From NCBI GenBank assembly GCA_963760615.1, contig CAVXDX010000008.1, positions 97,459 to 161,458 of the forward strand: DNA of 64,000 nt, written 5' to 3'. Each line of letters begins with the position of its first letter. The stretch's first letter is position 1. The translations under genes and the position numbers were made by a program. This stretch comes from an uncultured Candidatus Micrarchaeota archaeon. Its GTDB lineage: Archaea; Micrarchaeota; Micrarchaeia; Burarchaeales; Fermentimicrarchaeaceae. Below the pieces are notes generated by a model, which ran no database searches, was not told the DNA's origin, and worked only from the letters and a program-made list of their open reading frames with translations. Below are positions 1-8,373 of the stretch, piece by piece.

Positions 1-97
1 TTATTTAAATAGAGCGCGGAAACTGCACAAGCTTTTTCAAGTTGTTACGTCATTAGATTGCATTAACAGAAGACGCGTGAAAAAAGCTGAAAACATA

Positions 98-1885
98 TTA
101 ATCTTGCGTGGATGCAACAAAGGTATCTCCGAGGATGCCCCGTATTTTTCCAAGCAGCTCAATTTCCTTGTCATTAAGGAACTCCCTGTACCTGCTGAGA
201 AGCATCTTGGCATGAGTCCTCGGGACATTCGTGTAAAGAACATCTCCCTCATTCACCTGCCTCCCGAAGGTTGGCTCATCCATTGAAATGGCAACCTGCA
301 TGCCCTCCTTGGCCTCAGCTATGCTCTCATTTTCGCTCTGGATTGCCTTTACCCTTCCCACAGAAACGCCTTTCTCATTTATCAGCTCGTATTCAGATTT
401 TATCCTTCCGGCTTGGATGTCCACCCCGAATATTGCGGGGTGGGATGTATGGAAGCAGCAGCCCGCCATCACCTTGAGCTTTGCAGGCAGGACAAGTGAT
501 GAGAATGCCTGGGTGCGCTCCTGCTCCTTCTCTGCTTCAGCCCATTTCTTGTAGTTGTCAAGCAATGCATAGATTATACCCTCGCGCATTATTGTAATCC
601 CGGCCCTCCTCGACTCCTCCTCAGCATCCTCAAGAACGTCAACATTGAATGAGAGTATCACCCCGTAATACCTGTTCTGGTTTCTTATTCCGGATGCGTC
701 AACCACATCCTTCTTCACAACCGCCCCTATGCCCGCCTTGCTCACGGGCACCTTCTCATCTTTGAGAAGCTTTATTATTGCTTCCAGGGAGCCCAGGGTA
801 TCTGCCTTCAGTATCACTCCCTCGTCACCTTTCTCAATGAGAACCTCCTTGATTTCCTTGTCTATTTCCGCAATGAGCTTCTTCTCATCCGCCTTTCCCG
901 CGACGAATATTGGCGAGCCAGCAATTGCATCCTCCAAGCCCGGTGCTGCTATTTTCACCCCTGCGGCTGCGTGTACCTCATCCACATTGAGGAATTTTTC
1001 TCGTGGATCCCTCATCTCGTCAAGCGGCTTTGGCCTTAGAAGTGCCCTCACCTTAGTAGTCTTCGCACCGTTTACAGTCCCAAAAACTATGGTGTCGCCC
1101 CTCTTTATCACTCCGTTGTAGAATATGGCGTCAACAGTCTTGCCGAGTCCTGTCTCATCCTTCACCTCAAGTATGCTTCCTCTCCCCTCACCTTTCACCT
1201 TAAGATGCAGCCTGTCCTTCAGGAACCTCTGGGACAAGCCCGCTATGAACATGAGCAGCTCATTCACTCCTTCGCCAGTCTTTGCGCTTAGGGGTATTAT
1301 TGCAATCTGCTTTGTGAAGTCGGATATTCTGTCAAACCTCTCCGACTGGAAGCCGAGCTCGCTCAACCTGCCCACGAAGTTGTACAGCCTCTTCTCAAGC
1401 TCCTGCTGCACCTCTTGGGATTGCATGTTGAATGACTCTAGAAATGTCAAATCGGGGTGGGAAGCCCATCCTTCAACAAGGTCTATCTTGTTCATTGCGA
1501 TTACGAAAGGAGTTTTGTAGTCCTTCAGAATCTCAATAGTCTCAAGAGTCTGCGGCTCGAACCCTTTTGTTATATCCAGCACAAGCACAGCCATGTCTGA
1601 GATGCTGCCTCCTCTTTCCCTCAGGTTTGTGAATGCCTCGTGGCCAGGCGTGTCTATGAAGAGCAGGCCGGGTATCTCCAGCTTGGTCTGCATGAGGCTC
1701 ATCATTGTGCTGCATGCTTTGGTTATAACCTCTATTGGAACCTCGCTTGCGCCTATGTGCTGCGTTATGCCTCCTTTCTCTCTCTTTGCAACAGATGTCT
1801 TCCTTATCCTATCTAGAAGGGAGGTCTTCCCGTGGTCTACATGACCCATCACTACGACGATAGGCTGCCTTATCATGTCAAACAC
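98..1885 (-). CDS. infB: translation initiation factor aIF5B (IF-2 homolog)
   Basis: 595 aa; N-terminal G domain GHVDHGKTSLLD, DTPGHEAF, NKID; domain order matches aIF5B. Confidence 0.9.
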   Translation of the reverse strand: MFDMIRQPIVVVMGHVDHGKTSLLDRIRKTSVAKREKGGITQHIGASEVPIEVITKACSTMMSLMQTKLEIPGLLFIDTPGHEAFTNLRERGGSISDMAVLVLDITKGFEPQTLETIEILKDYKTPFVIAMNKIDLVEGWASHPDLTFLESFNMQSQEVQQELEKRLYNFVGRLSELGFQSERFDRISDFTKQIAIIPLSAKTGEGVNELLMFIAGLSQRFLKDRLHLKVKGEGRGSILEVKDETGLGKTVDAIFYNGVIKRGDTIVFGTVNGAKTTKVRALLRPKPLDEMRDPREKFLNVDEVHAAAGVKIAAPGLEDAIAGSPIFVAGKADEKKLIAEIDKEIKEVLIEKGDEGVILKADTLGSLEAIIKLLKDEKVPVSKAGIGAVVKKDVVDASGIRNQNRYYGVILSFNVDVLEDAEEESRRAGITIMREGIIYALLDNYKKWAEAEKEQERTQAFSSLVLPAKLKVMAGCCFHTSHPAIFGVDIQAGRIKSEYELINEKGVSVGRVKAIQSENESIAEAKEGMQVAISMDEPTFGRQVNEGDVLYTNVPRTHAKMLLSRYREFLNDKEIELLGKIRGILGDTFVASTQD

Positions 1886-2018
1886 CAGAACAAGCCTCAG
1901 TCAGGTGAATTCCACATCTTATTATGCTGAGTAAGGTATATAACGCTTTTTCTTGCATTTGCAGTTGTGCGATATTTAAATAGGATAAAGACGTAATTAC
2001 TTGTAAAGGGGTTATGCA

Positions 2019-2618
2019 ATGGAGAGTATTGCTGGCGGGCGTGATGCATGGGGTATGAAGCCATTTGTGATATCTGATGGAAGGGCGCACTGCGAGGATG
2101 AGACGGGGCGTATTGAGCTGGAGCCCATAAAAGGCGATATTGTAGTCAGCAGAATGTCCAAGGTTGATAGGAGAATAGCCGTTGCGACGCACCTTACGTT
2201 AACGGAAGGTGAGAAAGCAGACAATGTAGTAATCAATGTTGAAGTAGATGGCAGGCAATTCGAAGTAAAACGCATAAAAGTTGAAGTTGACCCGAGAGAT
2301 ATTGTAAGATTCACCGGACCTTTTACCTGCAAGGTACCGGAAAATGAGCTTGGAGATGGGTTGAAAAAACTTGATGTTACATTGGAAGGGGCTCTTGATG
2401 ATAGTGGAAAAAGGCTGAAAACGATTTATTTTAAGGAGATTGTTGTGCTCTACGCTGGTAGATCCAATTTGCAAGTAATACTCAAAGAACCTGCGCTGAA
2501 AAAAATGGATATAGATGTAGGGGATTATGAGAAACAGCTTAGTAAATGCCTTGAGTCTCTCACAAATTTGGAGGAGATGAGGCGCAGTTCTGCGTTCAGA
2601 GAAAGGGCAAGAAGCTAG
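2019..2618 (+). CDS. hypothetical protein
   Basis: 199-aa intact ORF between infB and pyrF; no recognisable motif. Confidence 0.4.
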   Translation: MESIAGGRDAWGMKPFVISDGRAHCEDETGRIELEPIKGDIVVSRMSKVDRRIAVATHLTLTEGEKADNVVINVEVDGRQFEVKRIKVEVDPRDIVRFTGPFTCKVPENELGDGLKKLDVTLEGALDDSGKRLKTIYFKEIVVLYAGRSNLQVILKEPALKKMDIDVGDYEKQLSKCLESLTNLEEMRRSSAFRERARS

Positions 2619-2632
2619 TTGTTATAAGAAGC

Positions 2633-3349
2633 CTAACTGCCAGGTATGCTTCCCTTCATTACCTCCCTCAGCTTGTGGGACTCTTCCTTCGGATTTGCCG
2701 CGTCAAGGATGCTCCTTCCAACAATTGCGAAGTTTGCCCCCGCTTTGAATGCCTTCTCAGCATCACCCCCCTGGGCTCCTATACCCGGGGACAGAATCAG
2801 AATTTCGTTTCCTACCAATTTCCTTATAGTGGAGAGCAGCTCATATTGGTTGCCTGGGGCTATAACTCCCGCAACGTCAAGCTTCTTTGCCATTGCGGCA
2901 ATCTCCTCAACAACATCGTTCTTGAACATGTGGCCGGGGCTGCTCATTGCAGCAAGCAGGAAAACGCCTTTCTTCATTTTATTTGCTGTGCTAACAACTG
3001 CCTCCACAGCTTTTTCGCCCTGGAAGCCGTGGCATATTATGGCGTCATATCCCTTTGTGAAGTAGTATTCCGCCTTCATGGCATTGCTCTTGTCTATATC
3101 CGCAATTTTTGCGTCAAGTATCACCGGAACTCCATCTCCGACTCTTTTTAGGGTTAGGATTGCACTCTCGTGGGAGAAACCCCATATGTCAGCGTGCTCT
3201 GGTTGCACCTTCACTGCCGCTAAGTTCTTTGCCGATTCTGAAAGTACTCTCTGGGCCTTCTTCCAGTCAGCCGTGTCCAGCGCCAGTATAAGGGTTGAGT
3301 CCCTCGCCATTGCGTTCTGCAGAAATGCCTTCCGGTATTCATTTTGCAT
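2633..3349 (-). CDS. pyrF: orotidine 5'-phosphate decarboxylase
   Basis: 238 aa; ILALDT, DAKIADI, CHGFQG, FLLAAMSSPG, LSPGIGAQGGD, AIVGRSI align with archaeal OMP decarboxylase blocks; GGAGG Shine-Dalgarno upstream. Confidence 0.8.
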   Translation of the reverse strand: MQNEYRKAFLQNAMARDSTLILALDTADWKKAQRVLSESAKNLAAVKVQPEHADIWGFSHESAILTLKRVGDGVPVILDAKIADIDKSNAMKAEYYFTKGYDAIICHGFQGEKAVEAVVSTANKMKKGVFLLAAMSSPGHMFKNDVVEEIAAMAKKLDVAGVIAPGNQYELLSTIRKLVGNEILILSPGIGAQGGDAEKAFKAGANFAIVGRSILDAANPKEESHKLREVMKGSIPGS

Positions 3350-3418
3350 AAAAAACCTCCTTATAGGGTTTGGGGGGGTGAGTAATAAATAACTTTTGCA
3401 CGTTCGCGTGCCTTGCTC

Positions 3419-4027
3419 CTACACAGTGAAGTATTCACTGAATTTCTTCGTTGTCTTCAGCACCTTCGTCCTACCCTTCTTCTCTGCAGTGATGAACTGT
3501 GTTTCAACAAGCTCCTTTACATAGTCGTAGACGGATGAGCCGATCATCTTCGCAAGCTTTGACTGCGCCATTCCATCATTCTTTGCTATCACCGCAAGCG
3601 TCTTTATTGCACCTCTTGAAAGCTCCGCCTCCTTTGCCAAGCCGGACACTTTCCTCTCATACTCGGGCTTCAGCCTCATTATGTATCCTCCTTCCTCGAA
3701 AGATATCACAATGGCACTGCCTCTCTGCTCATACTCATTCTGCAGCTCCTTGAGCTTATCCTGCACAAGCTTCCAGGAGTTAAGACCGGAGATTTTGGAA
3801 AGTGTCCTCACAGTCATGGGAGAGGTGCTCATGAAAAGCGCAGCCTCGATAATGCTCTTTGCCTCAAGCATTTCCGGGGGAGCCTGCTCAGGGGGCTTCT
3901 GCTCCAGCTCCTCCTCTATAACTTCGTCAAGCTTCTCCCCTTCCTGCTTCTCCTTAGACTCTTCAACCTCCTCAGCTTCCTTCTCTATTTCCGAGATTTC
4001 CGTCTCTTCTGGTTTCTGCTCGTCCAT
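3419..4027 (-). CDS. scpB: segregation and condensation protein B (ScpB)
   Basis: 202 aa; acidic N-terminus then IEAALFMS...PMTVRTLSKI winged-helix ScpB signature. Confidence 0.75.
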   Translation of the reverse strand: MDEQKPEETEISEIEKEAEEVEESKEKQEGEKLDEVIEEELEQKPPEQAPPEMLEAKSIIEAALFMSTSPMTVRTLSKISGLNSWKLVQDKLKELQNEYEQRGSAIVISFEEGGYIMRLKPEYERKVSGLAKEAELSRGAIKTLAVIAKNDGMAQSKLAKMIGSSVYDYVKELVETQFITAEKKGRTKVLKTTKKFSEYFTV

Positions 4028-4085
4028 GCTTGAATTCTTATCCTCTAAGAATATTAACCTTTACTGTATTGGTTCCGATGCTGGT

Positions 4086-4125
4086 TTTAAATATTGAGAA
4101 TGAGCAATTTATGTGGTGATGTTTA
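4086..4125 (+). promoter_or_regulatory. second conserved promoter/5' block (TATA-N3-AAATGAGCAAATTT..GGTG.TG.TTATGG)
   Basis: GGTTTTAAATATTGAGAATGAGCAATTTATGTGGTGATGTTTACG here; GGTTTAAATACAGAAAATGAGCAAATTTAGATGGTGGTGTTTATGG at 5390-5435; weaker copy at 36346-36395. Confidence 0.55.
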
Positions 4126-4550
4126 CGCCAGTAAAGGAGAAAAAGCCAGAACAAGCGGACGAAGTGATGAAAGGAAAGACCGAAAAAGTTGGAGAAGTAA
4201 TGAAGGGAAAGCCCGAAAAGGTCGGAGAAGTGATGAAGAAGGAAAAGCCTCACTTTGCAGAAGCTATGAAGCGAATACGGGAGGAGGAGAAAGGAAAAGA
4301 AGCTGCACCAAAAACATTTTCTGAAGTCATGAAGAGAAGACTGGAAGAAGAGTCGGCCATATCTAAAAGGAGGCAGAAAAGAGAGAGTGAAGAAAGACTA
4401 ATAGCGCAGGAAAGGGAGAGGAAGCGCAGGGAAGTTCCGGAAGATGATAGGCATGACGGGGCTAGGAGAAGACAGGAACGTGAGAAGGAAGCAGACCGTA
4501 TAGAGCGAGAAAGAGCAATCAGGCGCGGGAAACGTGAAACTGAAGTTTGA
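4113..4550 (+). CDS. lysine/glutamate-rich repeat protein (EVMKGK-EKVG repeats)
   Basis: 145 aa, GTG start; about five EVMK(G/K)K-EKVG repeats then an R/E-rich tail; shares a promoter and 5' block with the gene at 5417. Confidence 0.5.
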   Translation: MVMFTPVKEKKPEQADEVMKGKTEKVGEVMKGKPEKVGEVMKKEKPHFAEAMKRIREEEKGKEAAPKTFSEVMKRRLEEESAISKRRQKRESEERLIAQERERKRREVPEDDRHDGARRRQEREKEADRIERERAIRRGKRETEV

Positions 4551-4632
4551 GCAGGAGACTAGAAGGAACCAAAGGGGTTTCTCTTGGGCAATCCTGAGTC
4601 ATCTAGGGCTTCTTTAGGCAAATCGGCATCAG

Positions 4633-5349
4633 CTAGGCTTCTGTTTTCTTCACATCCTCTTTTGTGGGCAGCTGTATGAATATCTCTCCAAAGAACTTCT
4701 CCTGAAAAACAGACAGCTTCCCGTCCTGGGCAAGATGCAGCACGGGCAGGAGGGTGTATATAATCTCCTTCCTGCTCCTCTCCTTCAGCAAGGATGAAAA
4801 TGTCACCAATCCTTTGGAGTCGGAGCATTTCTCCACCCTCTCGTAAATCTCCTTCATCCTCTGCGTTATGTCGTACTGGGGGATGTCTATCACCATCTTT
4901 TCCTTTATCACAGGCTTCTCCTGCTTCCTCCTCTGCTCCTCAAAGACTTCCTCCAAGGCTCCCATTAGCTCGTTCAACGTAACCTTCCTCTTCCTCGGTA
5001 TCCTTGTCCTCAGTGAAAGCATCGGTATCTCAACAGGCGCCTGCGCCTCGTCAATAAACGTCTGCTGCTCCACAACCTGCTCCTCCTCCTCAAATCGCAG
5101 GGCGTCGCTCTTGAAGCGCAGCAGTATCGAAGCGGCAAGGATGAGGTTTGCCGGCACCCGCAAGTCGAGCTTCTGGAGCTTCCTGACCCTCTCGAGGTAT
5201 TTGCTCGTTATATCCACAAGGTCAATATTCCAGGGGTCCAGCTTCTCGCTCACCACAAGGTCGAACAGCATCTCTCTCCAGGTGGGCTGCGCGACAAGCT
5301 TCTCCAAATCCACCTTTGCCTCTTTCTCCTCTGGTTTTTGCTCTTCCAT
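4633..5349 (-). CDS. scpA: segregation and condensation protein A (ScpA, kleisin)
   Basis: 238 aa; ...LDPWNIDLVDIT...LEL... ScpA N-terminal motif; N-terminus MEEQKPEE parallels ScpB. Confidence 0.75.
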   Translation of the reverse strand: MEEQKPEEKEAKVDLEKLVAQPTWREMLFDLVVSEKLDPWNIDLVDITSKYLERVRKLQKLDLRVPANLILAASILLRFKSDALRFEEEEQVVEQQTFIDEAQAPVEIPMLSLRTRIPRKRKVTLNELMGALEEVFEEQRRKQEKPVIKEKMVIDIPQYDITQRMKEIYERVEKCSDSKGLVTFSSLLKERSRKEIIYTLLPVLHLAQDGKLSVFQEKFFGEIFIQLPTKEDVKKTEA

Positions 5350-5416
5350 ACGAGGATTTTTTCACTCTGCACATTTATTAATGTAAGGTTTAAATACAGA
5401 AAATGAGCAAATTTAG

Positions 5417-5989
5417 ATGGTGGTGTTTATGGAAAAAGTTAAAGTTGATGGCAAAAGCACCATGAAGCTTGTAGAATTCGACACTATCAAGGTTGCAAGA
5501 GAAAAGGTGCCCAGCCAAGTGCTTGATGTTACGATGGAAAAGAAGGGTGAGATAGTCAGGAGAGGCAAGCTTTTTTTTGATATCCCTTCTCGAACTGACA
5601 AGCTGCGCCTTGACCTTGATATAGGATCTGGATGGGAATCTAACCTGACTATACTTTTCAATGCAAAACTCGAGAAGGGAGTGGATACGCCACAGAAATC
5701 ACCGCCTACCCTTTTAGAAGTTAAAATTGCAAGCCAGATGCCTACGCTGAGTATGGCTAGAAAACTTTTGGAGGAAGAACCAACGAATGCGCCTAAGGTC
5801 CCTGTTGTGAAGCTGGAATTGGTGAATATAGCCGGCGTTGGAACACACTCCAAATACTTTGACCTTGAAATTGGGAAAATAAAAACAAAGCTCGAGGACG
5901 CCATGAATAATACTCCGGAAGGGCGGGAACTGGTAATGACATTTGAATCTAGGCGTTCCGAGCTAAAACGAGCTGGAATACTGCACTAA
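5417..5989 (+). CDS. hypothetical protein
   Basis: 190-aa ORF; N-terminus MVVFMEKVKV and upstream 45 nt closely match the gene at 4113. Confidence 0.5.
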   Translation: MVVFMEKVKVDGKSTMKLVEFDTIKVAREKVPSQVLDVTMEKKGEIVRRGKLFFDIPSRTDKLRLDLDIGSGWESNLTILFNAKLEKGVDTPQKSPPTLLEVKIASQMPTLSMARKLLEEEPTNAPKVPVVKLELVNIAGVGTHSKYFDLEIGKIKTKLEDAMNNTPEGRELVMTFESRRSELKRAGILH

Positions 5990-6140
5990 ACATTTATTTT
6001 TAATTCTAGTTCTAACGTGCAGGGAGATTAGAAAGAACCGCAAGGTTCCTCTCCTGAGCCAATATTAACCTTTCCAGTTCCGGCACATCTCGCACAAGAA
6101 ACAGCACTTTCATCTCGGGCATAAGCAATACCGGTGAAAA

Positions 6141-6299
6141 CAGTGATTTCACCTCGGCAGTAAATCACTGGTAAATCGCCATAAAACTCGGTAAATCCCT
6201 CTTTCTCGCAAGCGTATAAATTACGTCGGGTAAATGCGGTAAATCCGCTCGCGTTGCGGAAAGGTCTGCCGTCGGAGTGATGGCAGTAGCGGATTTACT
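6141..6299. repeat. GTAAATC iteron-like repeat array in a 340-bp intergenic region
   Basis: GTAAATC(C/G) at about 6162, 6171, 6191, 6230, 6239 plus inverted AGCGGATTTAC at 6288; GGTGAAA-N7-TTTCACC inverted repeat at 6133-6153. Confidence 0.5.
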
Positions 6300-6329
6300 T
6301 TTCAGGAAGCTCCGGGTATTCCAGCAGGA

Positions 6330-7193
6330 CTACCTTCGGGATATTCCCAAGCTTGTCGATTGCTCTTTCTTCAGCATCTTCGAGTTGAAATGGTCGTAAA
6401 TCCTTATCACAGTGTCTGCTGCCGAAGCGACCACCTGTTCATACTCCTCCCTGCTTATCTCGCACTTTTCATCTACTCTGTGCGGAAGGTGGAACACGAA
6501 CCCTTCTAGGGCTACCTCGTAATGCTCATACAGCTCCTTGGCTATTGTCTTGTCGTCAGGATAGTCAAATCTTCGCAGAGATGCCCTAAGCTTGTCAATC
6601 CTTCTCAGAGGCTCGGCTCCAGGTGAACTCTGCCAAAGAGTTACATTAATGCCGGGTATTTTCAAATACTCCTCAAAGACTTCCTTTGAGTCTGCTTCGA
6701 CGTAAACAATTGGGTTGCTTTTCAGCTCGGTAGGCTTCGAGTTGCTGTAAACTAAATAAGGAGCATGTGTTGCTGGGCTGTAGTGTATGTCTACAATGAC
6801 GCTTGCACGCTCATCCCTTGCAGTTCCTAGCATTTCATTGTAAACTAGCAGATTATCGAAATTCTCCTTTTTGAAGAGCCTGTCCTGTTTCCTCATGCCG
6901 TAATCCTTTCCTGTTTTCATCCAGTGCAGGTCTATGACATCAGATGCATGCGTAAACGATTTCAGTTCGCAGACCTTTATGTCCCTCTCACCCTTGATTT
7001 TTTGAATTCGTTTCGCAACATCTTCCGTGAACTGCCTCTCAGGAGTGTGGGCGCCCCATGTCACGAGCATCGTTATGTATCTCCTTGCTTCCCCGACGTC
7101 CTGCGCGGCTTTCTCGAATTCTTTCTTATTCAGAATAGTCTTTATAGGTACGCTCCCCTCACCAGTCTCTGCGGTTTTGTGAATTCCATCCAT
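6330..7193 (-). CDS. hypothetical protein (cassette-promoter family member A)
   Basis: 287-aa ORF; start preceded by the conserved cassette CATGCCTGAATTATGCC...TATTTAAA. Confidence 0.5.
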   Translation of the reverse strand: MDGIHKTAETGEGSVPIKTILNKKEFEKAAQDVGEARRYITMLVTWGAHTPERQFTEDVAKRIQKIKGERDIKVCELKSFTHASDVIDLHWMKTGKDYGMRKQDRLFKKENFDNLLVYNEMLGTARDERASVIVDIHYSPATHAPYLVYSNSKPTELKSNPIVYVEADSKEVFEEYLKIPGINVTLWQSSPGAEPLRRIDKLRASLRRFDYPDDKTIAKELYEHYEVALEGFVFHLPHRVDEKCEISREEYEQVVASAADTVIRIYDHFNSKMLKKEQSTSLGISRR

Positions 7194-7268
7194 GCCTGAA
7201 TTATGCCTTTTCTTCTATTTAAACCCTAGAGAAGTCTATAAAGATTGTTATAAGGTAACTCCGGGAAC

Positions 7269-8279
7269 CTATCGCTCGACCAGCTCAACCCTCAAAAGTT
7301 TATTTTTTATGAACGAGTCCAAACGATCGGAAAGCTCACCTCCCAATCCGCTCGAGCTCATCCCAGACATTTTCAGCTCCTCTTGAAGCTTCCAATCTTC
7401 TAAATGCCCCCGCCCTCCATTTGCCCGGTCCAGCTCCACAATCAGCTTTTCTATCTCTCCCAGCCCTCCCTCCCTCTCGAATACTATTTCGTGCCATTTA
7501 GCTTCAAAAATTCTGGATGCTTCCTCAGGAGTTATAAAGCCCCTCTGGTCTATCCTATGCTCGATTTCAATAAACGCTTCCCCTATGATGGAAGGAAGCT
7601 TGCGTATTTCAGCATCAAATTCCGCCCTCTTCCCGCGTTCATACTTTATTCTTGTCATTTTCAGCGACTCCTTCTTCGGAGGTGATTCCAGCAAATGTAT
7701 GTCGGTCAGCTGCCCCAGGCTTATCCCCTGGTCCTCCAGATTCTTTACATTTGTGGAGATGGTATCCAGTCGGGTCTTGTTGACGAACTTTACTATATCC
7801 GCCATGGGGATCCGCGTCTCTTCCTTCAGCATGTTTATTATATCCCTTTCAACCTCATCAAGAAAACTGCTGAATTCCGCAGGCGCTTTTGTCAGGAGGC
7901 CCTGCCGGGCGTACTCCGCTGGGTTCCTCCCTCGCGTTTCCAGAGCCATTATGTTAGCCTCAAGGTTAATCGGGGTTGCCCCTAGGAGCGACAGCGAGGG
8001 AATGGAGCATATCTTGTGCCTATCAAAAATCTGCATATTCTTCTCAATCTTATCCATTGAAGCGTGCTTTAGAAGGTTGCTTATGCCCTCAACGGAAGCA
8101 CTCTCCACTCTGCTTTTTATTATCCGGATAGTCTCCCTGTCTCCCTTCGGGCGGCTGTCTGCTAAGGCCTTTGCATCACCCCAGCGCATGTAAAGGTCTC
8201 TCATCAGCCATTTTTCAAACTCCCCTCTGCTCATAAGCCTGGTATCCTTCCCTTCAGTTTTGACCTGCTCGGCGCACAT
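7269..8279 (-). CDS. hypothetical protein (cassette-promoter family member B)
   Basis: 336-aa ORF; cassette at 8280-8312; 14-bp palindrome at 8350-8363. Confidence 0.5.
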   Translation of the reverse strand: MCAEQVKTEGKDTRLMSRGEFEKWLMRDLYMRWGDAKALADSRPKGDRETIRIIKSRVESASVEGISNLLKHASMDKIEKNMQIFDRHKICSIPSLSLLGATPINLEANIMALETRGRNPAEYARQGLLTKAPAEFSSFLDEVERDIINMLKEETRIPMADIVKFVNKTRLDTISTNVKNLEDQGISLGQLTDIHLLESPPKKESLKMTRIKYERGKRAEFDAEIRKLPSIIGEAFIEIEHRIDQRGFITPEEASRIFEAKWHEIVFEREGGLGEIEKLIVELDRANGGRGHLEDWKLQEELKMSGMSSSGLGGELSDRLDSFIKNKLLRVELVER

Positions 8280-8349
8280 GGTTAGATTATGGCTTTTTCG
8301 ATATTTAAGCTTGTTCGATTAACACCGGCAAATCGTAACTTTCGGTTAT

Positions 8350-8363
8350 GTAACCATGGTTAC
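8350..8363. promoter_or_regulatory. perfect 14-bp palindrome GTAACCATGGTTAC upstream of ORF 7269..8279
   Basis: Exact palindrome; identical copy at 11628-11641. Confidence 0.6.
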
Positions 8364-8373
8364 ATCTAACCTC

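Noticed and set aside
271-1844. Several plus-strand ORFs (271..477, 288..554, 729..1121, 1125..1520, 1593..1844) inside the infB region
   Set aside because: They are antisense to the well-supported aIF5B gene, lack motifs, and have low-complexity Ser/Pro composition typical of antisense frames.
4094-4324. ORF 4094..4324 (76 aa) overlapping the K/E-repeat gene in another frame
   Set aside because: It is an alternative frame of the same repeat DNA. The 4113 frame gives the longer, repeat-consistent protein and matches the N-terminus shared with the gene at 5417.
5990-6330. Replication origin (oriC) candidate
   Set aside because: No adjacent orc1/cdc6 gene and only weak similarity to ORB/mini-ORB consensus. 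It is reported as an iteron-like array of unknown role instead.
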